Below, one piece after another: positions 27,338 to 34,312 of a stretch of DNA of 38,913 nt. Under the pieces are notes generated by a model. It made no database searches. It worked only from the letters and a program-made list of their open reading frames with translations, and was not told the DNA's origin. The first letter of the stretch is position 1; every line of letters begins with the position of its first letter. Source of the DNA: a virus (lineage: Duplodnaviria; Caudoviricetes); IMG/VR virus record IMGVR_UViG_3300020470_000060, positions 1-38,913 of that record, one strand, 5' to 3'. Position numbers and translations under genes: made by a program.

Positions 27338-27409
27338 TGTATTCTCCGTGTGTTTTTGTATTTGGCTTGTTGACCATCATATGATGGCATATTATTTATG
27401 CTTTGTCAA
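27338..27409 (-). promoter_or_regulatory. gp32 leader: TTGACA (27404-27409), late promoter ATAAATA (27393-27399), 14-bp palindrome (27374-27387), A/C-rich tract and GGAG SD
   Basis: Read directly from the sequence; the sigma70 -10 at 17-nt spacing is degenerate (TGC-CATCAT). Confidence 0.65.
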
Positions 27410-27767
27410 CACCCTCTAAATCCTTCTTCCAGCATAGGAGCTTGTCCTCCATCGCCTGTAGGATATTTAAAAGGTTGTTGCCGCCAGAATAGATCTGACT
27501 GACCTGATCGATGCGTTCCTTGACCTCTTTAACTGTTTCAGTCGAACCATCGTCACCATCTGTAACATAGTTACTCATCAATTGGAGACGAGCATAAAAT
27601 ACTTTCTGCTTGGCAATCAACTCTAATGTTTTGTTGATATGTTCCAACTGTTGCACCTTATCTAACTGGTTTAACTTGCTAGACATCTGGAGCAAATCAT
27701 TATAAGTTGTCTGAAGATCATCTAGTTCGGCCTGTATCACTTCAGAACGGAAGAAATCTTCGTTCAT
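27396..27767 (-). CDS. Conserved cyanophage protein, DUF1825-like
   Basis: FFRSEVIQAEL...KQKVFYARLQL; usual position upstream of gp32. Confidence 0.7.
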   Translation of the reverse strand: MNEDFFRSEVIQAELDDLQTTYNDLLQMSSKLNQLDKVQQLEHINKTLELIAKQKVFYARLQLMSNYVTDGDDGSTETVKEVKERIDQVSQIYSGGNNLLNILQAMEDKLLCWKKDLEGVDKA

Positions 27768-28009
27768 AATGGTAAAACCCCTCTACTTGTGCGTTTGATA
27801 CAATTTAATTGTTGTGCGTTAGCTTTGATCTTATCCTTCAGTGGTTTAGAGATCAGTTTGTTAACGACTTCTATCTCAATGTCGTAGTCATCACAGACAG
27901 TTGCGACTGCTTCTATGTAGTTTATGAGACCATTACTATTCTGTACGGTATGTTCTACCAAGGTACTAAACTTTGCCTGTGTCATAAAATTTTCCTCAAG
28001 CTCTTTCAT
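27764..28009 (-). CDS. gp33: Late transcription coactivator gp33
   Basis: KFS..VE, NYIEAV..VC....IE.E.V.KLISKPLKDKI, RTSRG.LPL. Confidence 0.9.
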   Translation of the reverse strand: MKELEENFMTQAKFSTLVEHTVQNSNGLINYIEAVATVCDDYDIEIEVVNKLISKPLKDKIKANAQQLNCIKRTSRGVLPL

Positions 28010-28710
28010 TCTGTAATCACTCCATTAGTTACAGCTTCAGTTAGAAACTCCATCTGAAACTCTTTGATCCATTCACAGAGTGTGTCTATGTATGGTGCCT
28101 TGTCGTAGCGTTGTTCTACTTGTGTCTGACCATTCTCTGCAACAGATAAGGTCACAAGTTTCTTAACCTCTACACCAGTGCGTTCATAGTACATGTAAGC
28201 ATACGCTGCTTCCTGTACAAAATACTTCTCCAACCATTCCACCTTCTTGATGTCCTTGGTTGTTTTAAAATCGATTATAGCAAGCTCGCCATCAAACTCA
28301 GCAATACAATCAACACGCCCACCAATGCGTAGATCATCAGAATAAAGAGGGGCTTCCAGCAAATGAATATTGTCAATACGATCAAGAACCTCACGAGAAA
28401 ACCCAAAAAGGTACGAGGGAAGACCTTTGACTTCATTAACTTTCGTAGTTTCATTATTAAGATAGTACTCCACTATAGTATGGTACTGAGTGCCACGCCA
28501 AGATGATTCTCTACGAATCTTCTCTGCTTTAACCCAACCAACACGTTCCTCCCACTTTTTGATACCTTCTATGGATTGTTTACTAACAACAGTAGTAACA
28601 GAAGGATACCAGTGTCCTTTAGGTGACTTGTAGAATCTACGACCCTCAACATTCTGAGTAGGAAGTTCATCTAAAGTACCTGCAGGACCAACATGATTAA
28701 AGACTTTCAT
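28006..28710 (-). CDS. PD-(D/E)XK exonuclease (RecB/Cas4-like)
   Basis: YPSVTTV, RGT.YH, E..LYS, GRVDCIAEFDGELAIIDFKT, YFVQ..AY. Confidence 0.88.
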   Translation of the reverse strand: MKVFNHVGPAGTLDELPTQNVEGRRFYKSPKGHWYPSVTTVVSKQSIEGIKKWEERVGWVKAEKIRRESSWRGTQYHTIVEYYLNNETTKVNEVKGLPSYLFGFSREVLDRIDNIHLLEAPLYSDDLRIGGRVDCIAEFDGELAIIDFKTTKDIKKVEWLEKYFVQEAAYAYMYYERTGVEVKKLVTLSVAENGQTQVEQRYDKAPYIDTLCEWIKEFQMEFLTEAVTNGVITE

Positions 28711-29456
28711 TAATTAAAACCTAGTTGACTTTTACTGATGAGGTACTCACGTACCAGACCAGAGCGTACGATGTCTCCAATACTAAACTCTACAGTCTGG
28801 AAGGATGGCATAGTCTGCAAGATCTTCATGAAGTCTAGCACACCTTGACGCTCTCCGTTCTTTTGTAAGTCGGTTTGTGAATAATCTCCAGAGAATATTA
28901 TCCTACAATCCTGACCAACACGAGTGATGATGGAGTCAAGTTCATGGAAGTTTAGGTTCGAGAACTCATCTACTATTATAATAGCCCTGTCAAATGTTGT
29001 GCCACGTATGAACGAGGTAGACCAGAAACTTATAGTCTGCTGTGCTCTCAAGTTATCGTACAACATCTCGAACGATGGTTCATCAGGCATCTCGAACATG
29101 TATTTCACCATGTTCTTATAAGGTATCTGATATAGGTTTGACTTATCCTCATGGTCTCCAGGTAGGAAACCAATCTCTCTCGTGGGTACAAGAGAGCGAA
29201 CCATATATATTTTCTCATATGGTGACGTTAAGTCAAGTACCTGTTCGAGTGCAAGGTACAAACTAATGAATGTCTTACCAGTACCAGCAGCACCATGAAG
29301 TACAAGGTTCCTACCATCCTTAAAGGAATCAAAAACCAACTTCTGATTGTCACCTATAGGCTCAATCGTTTTAAGTTGGTCTATATTGATAGGTTTTTTA
29401 CGTCTCATGACCTTGGCAGTTTTAGGTGCAGGGGTCTTACGCTTCTTTACTGGCAT
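28710..29456 (-). CDS. phoH: PhoH family ATPase
   Basis: Walker A GAAGTGKT, IGFLPG, FIRGTT, IVDE, TRVG, GDYSQTDL, DIVRSGLV. Confidence 0.97.
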   Translation of the reverse strand: MPVKKRKTPAPKTAKVMRRKKPINIDQLKTIEPIGDNQKLVFDSFKDGRNLVLHGAAGTGKTFISLYLALEQVLDLTSPYEKIYMVRSLVPTREIGFLPGDHEDKSNLYQIPYKNMVKYMFEMPDEPSFEMLYDNLRAQQTISFWSTSFIRGTTFDRAIIIVDEFSNLNFHELDSIITRVGQDCRIIFSGDYSQTDLQKNGERQGVLDFMKILQTMPSFQTVEFSIGDIVRSGLVREYLISKSQLGFN

Positions 29457-29459
29457 AAT

Positions 29460-29693
29460 TTAAGTAAATCTTGATAGATCAGCAGCAGGATGGTCATTCT
29501 GGATCTTCTGCATCACAGTTTTAAATCCATCTGATTGTTTAGGTAGTCCATAAGTTACCTTAGGTGCTTGGTTCCCGAAGTATCTTTCTAATTCAGGATG
29601 ATCCTCCTTATATTTATCGAGGTCATGCATGGACATAACTACGTTCTCGATGATCTCACCTGTCTCTTTGTTTCTAAAATCATACGTTGGCAT
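29460..29693 (-). CDS. FmdB-like small protein lacking the zinc-ribbon cysteines
   Basis: MPTYDFRNKETGEI N-terminus; usual position upstream of phoH. Confidence 0.7.
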   Translation of the reverse strand: MPTYDFRNKETGEIIENVVMSMHDLDKYKEDHPELERYFGNQAPKVTYGLPKQSDGFKTVMQKIQNDHPAADLSRFT

Positions 29694-30270
29694 TGTCTTC
29701 TATCCATCGTGGTTGTCCTCTAACCATTACATTAAAGGAGAGTGTTATTCTATCCGATTCTGATTCATTTGGCAAGGTATGATGCCTAAGATCAGACGGA
29801 AACATACATAGCACTGACTCTATTGGTGGTAGAGTAAAGCTAGTAGAATTATATAGGTTCTGTTGGGAGAGCGTGGGTTCTACAACCATATGTTTAGGTT
29901 TCTCAAACACTAGGTTACCTGTGTCTCCTTGTAAGAATATATTACCTGAGTACATGCTGTTAGCATGATGATGAGGTACTGATGCTTGTCCCTTCTTATA
30001 CTTGTTGATCCATGAGCATGTTATCTCAGGCCAATGCAGATCAGGATCAACCCCCATTGCACCAATAACATAGTCCAATACATGCTGAAAGACCCACCCC
30101 TCTAGGTCAGGGAATGAGTCCAACACATGCTGATCAACTGTACGATATCCGACACTCTCTATATTATATGGTGTGAACTCTAAAGACTCCCAGTTAATCT
30201 TTGGAAAGTCTTTGTCCACACCTGTCACATAGATTGGTGAAGAGAATGCTGGTACTACTTCTGCCATCAA
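29680..30270 (-). CDS. 2OG-Fe(II) oxygenase-like protein (TIGR02466-type)
   Basis: FSSPIY, SWIN, HHHANS.YSG, FPS.LRH...PNES..RITLSFN. Confidence 0.87.
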   Translation of the reverse strand: MMAEVVPAFSSPIYVTGVDKDFPKINWESLEFTPYNIESVGYRTVDQHVLDSFPDLEGWVFQHVLDYVIGAMGVDPDLHWPEITCSWINKYKKGQASVPHHHANSMYSGNIFLQGDTGNLVFEKPKHMVVEPTLSQQNLYNSTSFTLPPIESVLCMFPSDLRHHTLPNESESDRITLSFNVMVRGQPRWIEDNANV

Positions 30271-30968
30271 TCAATGCGTAGGCAAGGTTGCATATCATTC
30301 CAGTAATCATCTTCCTTACAGTCACACTCTTCACACCACCCCAATGCCTCTGCTACTGTTGGGAACTGACATATAAAATGTCTCTTAATAGTATTAGCAA
30401 TGTCCATGTGCTCCTTCTGAGTACCATTAGCAGAGCGTAGATCTATGTAATGAATCCAACTACGTACACTACCTGTCATGTATAACCTAGTAGGTGTCGC
30501 TAGTGGTAGTACAAACCTAGCACACTCCTTAGCGATACCATCATTAAGCATCTGCTGATAGAGATCCATGCCATGTCTGAAGTGATCTGCCATGAGTATC
30601 TCATACTTATTGACCATCTTAGGATCAAGATCATTGATACTATTCTGACGGTTCTTAGTGTCCTGTCTCCTTAGTTCTGGTAGTGGTATCTCATCTGCTA
30701 ATAGAGATGAGTCAGCATACCTCTGACTGAACTCTTGATATGTGAACGACCTGTGTCTCAGTATCTGTGCAGCAAGTCCACGTGTTGTATTGATCTCAAC
30801 AGTCATGTGTGCTTGCTCAAAGATAGACCAATGTCCATGCTTGATACAATACTTTAAAAGACCAGCGACCTTCTCGTTGTCCTGGTTCTTTGGGTTAGAT
30901 ACTCTTGCGATGTATCCTATAGTCCTCTCAGCATCTGGAGTGACGGAAATTACACATACTTTTGTCAT
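30267..30968 (-). CDS. thyX: FAD-dependent thymidylate synthase ThyX
   Basis: HWSIFE, RHRSFTYQEFSQRY (RHRx7S), KECARFVLP, RSWIHY..LR, QKEH. Confidence 0.97.
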   Translation of the reverse strand: MTKVCVISVTPDAERTIGYIARVSNPKNQDNEKVAGLLKYCIKHGHWSIFEQAHMTVEINTTRGLAAQILRHRSFTYQEFSQRYADSSLLADEIPLPELRRQDTKNRQNSINDLDPKMVNKYEILMADHFRHGMDLYQQMLNDGIAKECARFVLPLATPTRLYMTGSVRSWIHYIDLRSANGTQKEHMDIANTIKRHFICQFPTVAEALGWCEECDCKEDDYWNDMQPCLRID

Positions 30969-31186
30969 TTCAGGGTCTTAACAAGTACATAAAGTGCTAA
31001 AGAATAGACGTACCCTATAGTAGGTAGTCCGAAGAGTGCTGGCATCACTACATTCCATGCTGCCCACACTACAAAAGGTCCAAATATTATACCCAAGATT
31101 GCAGTAGCAGCTTGTGCTCCAAGAATCTTAGACTCCTTGTCAATCTCATCCTTCTTACCTTTTGTAAAATCATATATCGAATTCAT
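30965..31186 (-). CDS. Small membrane protein
   Basis: Start re-called to 31186 (ATGA overlap); two hydrophobic segments, WNVVMPALFGLPTIGY. Confidence 0.7.
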   Translation of the reverse strand: MNSIYDFTKGKKDEIDKESKILGAQAATAILGIIFGPFVVWAAWNVVMPALFGLPTIGYVYSLALYVLVKTLK

Positions 31187-31464
31187 TTTTTCTTTTTGGG
31201 TTTCTGTTTCTCCTCTACTTTGCGTTGATTGTTCCATTGATTCACTGGTACACGACCATTAGTCTGTTTCCAACCTTGCAACCCCTCCTTGTAGAGGTCC
31301 CAGTAGTGATCAAAGATCTCTACAGTTCCTTTACTGCCAGCGAGTACAATGTCACGACAAACTTTATCCTCCTTCACATATGATACCACATATGAATGGA
31401 CTGGTAGTTTCTTATCTGCTACATCCTCGTCAGTGCATTCCTGCACTAATACTTTAAGGGTCAT
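31183..31464 (-). CDS. Conserved cyanophage hypothetical protein
   Basis: 93 aa, LP..SY.V.Y, EIFDHYWD.YK; ATGA overlaps on both sides. Confidence 0.75.
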   Translation of the reverse strand: MTLKVLVQECTDEDVADKKLPVHSYVVSYVKEDKVCRDIVLAGSKGTVEIFDHYWDLYKEGLQGWKQTNGRVPVNQWNNQRKVEEKQKPKKKK

Positions 31465-31892
31465 GACCTACCACCCCATGTAATCTCTGGAAATGCTTCC
31501 GTTACACAGGCTTTGGTCACTTTATATTTGGTATTAAGTTTCTTATCCTTGGCAAGGATAATAACATTTGCTTCTGAAGGATGTAGACCTTCTAGCATCT
31601 GAATAAACATGGTCTCTCTCTTAAGAGCAGGTAACTTGGATCCACCCTTAAAGAAATGGTATAGAAGTCTTGCCTCATGTTCCAGTTTGGTATGTTCAGT
31701 ACCTTCAGGTGCTTCATTCTCTCGGAAAGGAACCTTGCCTTCAGGTAGTAAAGAGACAACAGATTCATCATAGTTAATAATGAAGACAGACATCAATGCA
31801 TCTGTCTTATGATCACGTAAAATCTTTACCTTCTCTGCCTTCGTCTTGGCATTGTGTGCCTTCTGGAGCACCTCAGAAATTAATAATTTCAT
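31461..31892 (-). CDS. Conserved T4-like hypothetical protein (DUF6433-like)
   Basis: LLISEVL, LPEG.VP, RETMFIQMLEGLHP.EA, KDK.L. Confidence 0.8.
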   Translation of the reverse strand: MKLLISEVLQKAHNAKTKAEKVKILRDHKTDALMSVFIINYDESVVSLLPEGKVPFRENEAPEGTEHTKLEHEARLLYHFFKGGSKLPALKRETMFIQMLEGLHPSEANVIILAKDKKLNTKYKVTKACVTEAFPEITWGGRS

Positions 31893-31895
31893 AGT

Positions 31896-32138
31896 TTACT
31901 CATCATCATCATCAATTGTATCATCATCGTCAGCAATTCGCAAGTACATCAACTCTTCAGGACTAATTAGCGAACCATTCTCGTCATACATTTCAGGGTG
32001 CATGACCATAGCAGCGTAGTCTGCTCTAGCAATCCATGAATCATAGACTGCTTTGATGTTCCAAGATACTAGGAACCCTAGTAGAAAACTTCCGATGGTT
32101 AGAAAGAGAGAAATGTATAAAAAATCTAAATGTTCCAT
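31896..32138 (-). CDS. Small single-pass membrane protein (DUF2973-like)
   Basis: N-terminal TM helix, HPEMYDENG motif, acidic tail. Confidence 0.7.
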   Translation of the reverse strand: MEHLDFLYISLFLTIGSFLLGFLVSWNIKAVYDSWIARADYAAMVMHPEMYDENGSLISPEELMYLRIADDDDTIDDDDE

Positions 32139-32160
32139 ACGGATACTCCCTTACTTTTTT

Positions 32161-32538
32161 TTATTTAGATGTCTTTTTTCTCTTGTTTTTAGAACCCTTA
32201 GGTCTACCTGGTTTTCGATGAGCATAATACTCATGGGTATCCGTTGTTATCTGAGCAAGATAGTTACGAATCTTGACCACTTGTACCTTCTTTAGGTGAC
32301 CATACGCTTCTTTACATTGCTTGTCACCATCTAAGTATCCATTAAGGTCACCAGTATTATTGATGACCTCCTGCATCACAGAGGATTCTAAGAGTTCCTT
32401 GGTTTGTTTACGAGTGTACGAATGATCCTCTAGATACTTCTTCATGTTAAAAAGAAACTTCTGTTGGATCATTGCAGTATCAATAGCCTTATCTAACAAA
32501 GAGTAGAGGGCTTCATTATCAGGATCGTAATTAGGCAT
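32161..32538 (-). CDS. Hypothetical protein with a basic C-terminal tail
   Basis: 125 aa, EAYGHL.K, RKPGRPKGSKNKRKK (AT-hook-like). Confidence 0.75.
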   Translation of the reverse strand: MPNYDPDNEALYSLLDKAIDTAMIQQKFLFNMKKYLEDHSYTRKQTKELLESSVMQEVINNTGDLNGYLDGDKQCKEAYGHLKKVQVVKIRNYLAQITTDTHEYYAHRKPGRPKGSKNKRKKTSK

Positions 32539-32786
32539 CAGAGTTGGTTTGTTTCTCTTAAGAACTTAATTGTCTCAGTACACCCACCAATACGTTGACC
32601 GTTGATGAGTACCTGTGGAAATGTAGCACCCTGTCCGAACTCATTCTTAAACTGTTCACGTGTGAACTGATTACCGAGAGTGTATTCTCTGAATGCCCAT
32701 CCCTTAGCATTATACACTTCTTTTATTTTAACGCAATAGGGACACCCACTTCGGGTATAGATTACTGTACCACCAGGATTTGCCAT
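32538..32786 (-). CDS. nrdC: Glutaredoxin
   Basis: CPYC active site, TFPQV, IGGC; GGAG SD favours the ATG at 32786 over 32801. Confidence 0.92.
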   Translation of the reverse strand: MANPGGTVIYTRSGCPYCVKIKEVYNAKGWAFREYTLGNQFTREQFKNEFGQGATFPQVLINGQRIGGCTETIKFLRETNQL

Positions 32787-32801
32787 ATGTTTATTCTCCA
32801 A

Positions 32802-32827
32802 TAAAAAAGGGTGTCATGAGACACCCT
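32802..32827 (-). terminator. Rho-independent terminator after the OMP gene
   Basis: AGGGTGTC-TCAT-GACACCCT 8-bp stem followed by a U-run. Confidence 0.85.
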
Positions 32828-32850
32828 ATTTAGTTTATATCGACCAGTGA

Positions 32851-33237
32851 TCAGAAGGTGAACTTAGCACCAACTTTAGCACCCCAATCAATGATGGTGT
32901 CTCCACCACTGTCTTCGCCGTTGCTGATGCCTGAGAGCTCACCATAGACTCCAAGAGAATCTGTAGCGGCAACAGTTAGACCAACCTTACCAGAGAACTC
33001 AGTCTCAGTGTCAGAATCAGTCTCGCTATGAACGAAAGCAGGGCCTGCTTGTACGTAGTAGCCGAGTTGTCCTTCTCCACCTTCATAACCTACATGAACG
33101 TCGGTTGTTGCGGCAGAATAATCTCCATCAGGATATGAAAGATTGCTTTCTACATTCACGTAAGGACCAGCAAAAGCGGCTCCAGCGAGTAGAAATGGAC
33201 TTGCTGCGATAGCAGCGATTGTTGATTTAATAGACAT
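32851..33237 (-). CDS. Small outer-membrane beta-barrel protein of picocyanobacterial/cyanophage type
   Basis: Signal peptide ending AFA, GPYVNVE, HVGYEG, YVQAGPA, SGKVG, VYGELS, terminal GAKVGAKFTF (BAM signal). Confidence 0.82.
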   Translation of the reverse strand: MSIKSTIAAIAASPFLLAGAAFAGPYVNVESNLSYPDGDYSAATTDVHVGYEGGEGQLGYYVQAGPAFVHSETDSDTETEFSGKVGLTVAATDSLGVYGELSGISNGEDSGGDTIIDWGAKVGAKFTF

Positions 33238-33247
33238 AATAGATGTG

Positions 33248-33347
33248 TAGTGTCTCGCAAGGAAAAACCCTGCGGATGTTAGACTTCCTCGACATGGAAA
33301 TCTTTAAACATTCGACGCAGGGGTACGATCTTTCGATTCCTGTGTGC
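33248..33347 (-). ncRNA. Structured 5'-UTR RNA, probably the manA RNA motif
   Basis: Stems AGGAA/UUCCU, AUC-GAAA-GAU, CCCUGCG/CGCAGGG, AUGUU/AACAU and AGAUUUCC/GGAAGUCU; loop UGUC can pair with downstream GACA. The family name is from recall, not from a search. Confidence 0.65.
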
Positions 33348-33358
33348 TTATGTTAAGT

Positions 33359-33392
33359 TATTTATACTACCAGACTTTTAAAACGGTGTCAA
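33359..33392 (-). promoter_or_regulatory. Dual promoter: sigma70 TTGACA-N17-TAGTAT (extended TGn) overlapping late TATAAATA
   Basis: -35 at 33387-33392, -10 at 33364-33369, late box at 33359-33366. Confidence 0.85.
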
Positions 33393-33397
33393 GTGTG

Positions 33398-33413
33398 CCA
33401 GTTGAGAAACTGG
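33398..33413. promoter_or_regulatory. Inverted repeat CCAGTT-N4-AACTGG just upstream of the -35 box (operator/activator site)
   Basis: Perfect 6-4-6 palindrome 5 nt from TTGACA. Confidence 0.65.
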
Positions 33414-33432
33414 GGTGAACTTGGGGAAACAT

Positions 33433-33996
33433 TTAAAGGAAGGTAGCAACCAAGACGACTCTACGTCCTGTTTCTGGTGGTCTCATGCAATGTAGACCCT
33501 CAAATACTACCACATCATCCTGTTGTGGACTGAAACTATTAGCATTTGCCCATGTAGGAGCATCAATATCATCAGGAAAACAAACTGTATCACCTTCACC
33601 CTCTAGGTACACAATCAAATTCTTGTGAGGATAGGGGTGGTCTCTATGAGGTACGGATAACCGATCATCTGACTGAGGATGGGTGCAGTTCACATTATAT
33701 CTGAGCAATGTGGTGACTGGTATCTCATTCGCAACCAAAATCTCCTCTAATAGTGGATAGAACTGTCCTAGTTGCTCTGATTGAGGTTCAGGAAACATAT
33801 AGTTACCACCTATACCCTGCCACTTAGGTCTTGCTATCAGTACATGACTATAGAATGGTACAGTCTGGAACTCACTATTAGATACGTCCTGTGGTGTAGC
33901 ATTCTCTACATAAAACCATGGAAACTCTGGTGATAATGCAAACTCCTTGACTAACTTATACGTTTCAGTCTTAGGGTTAATTAGTTTCTGAAACAT
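33433..33996 (-). CDS. Divergent 2OG-Fe(II) oxygenase-like protein
   Basis: FPWFY, PHRDH (HxD), LIVYL, GDT..F, VVFEG.H, RRVVLV. Confidence 0.75.
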   Translation of the reverse strand: MFQKLINPKTETYKLVKEFALSPEFPWFYVENATPQDVSNSEFQTVPFYSHVLIARPKWQGIGGNYMFPEPQSEQLGQFYPLLEEILVANEIPVTTLLRYNVNCTHPQSDDRLSVPHRDHPYPHKNLIVYLEGEGDTVCFPDDIDAPTWANANSFSPQQDDVVVFEGLHCMRPPETGRRVVLVATFL

Positions 33997-34312
33997 CTTT
34001 ACTCAATGATTGACGAAGTTTATCTGTATTGATACGTGTCTTTTGTTCTTGTTCTATCTGTTCTATCTCCTCATCTGTTTTCATCCACTCAGCATCCTTA
34101 GGGAAGGTAGGTTCCTTCATGTCGATACGATCTAGTTCAGCAAGGGGACCACGATAGTATCTCCTAAGTTGCTTTAACATCTTGCGACGACCAGCAGTAT
34201 CACTTGGGTTCTTCCTAAGAACCTTATGAATAGCAGACAACTCTCTAGCAGACTTATAAAGATCTCTGTCTGCCTTAGTTGTCTTTGGTCCAAATCCTTC
34301 AGCGTTACTCAT
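33977..34312 (-). CDS. Hypothetical protein
   Basis: 111 aa, overlapping both neighbours. Confidence 0.7.
   Translation of the reverse strand: MSNAEGFGPKTTKADRDLYKSARELSAIHKVLRKNPSDTAGRRKMLKQLRRYYRGPLAELDRIDMKEPTFPKDAEWMKTDEEIEQIEQEQKTRINTDKLRQSLSKDVSETN

Noticed and set aside
28006-28710. Cas4-like nuclease as a sign of a CRISPR system
   Set aside because: It is a core T4-like cyanophage exonuclease next to phoH; no repeat-spacer array or other cas genes were seen
33248-33347. c-di-GMP-I riboswitch or tRNA
   Set aside because: It has a GAAA tetraloop but lacks the GEMM core and any cloverleaf or T-loop; a manA-like fold fits better
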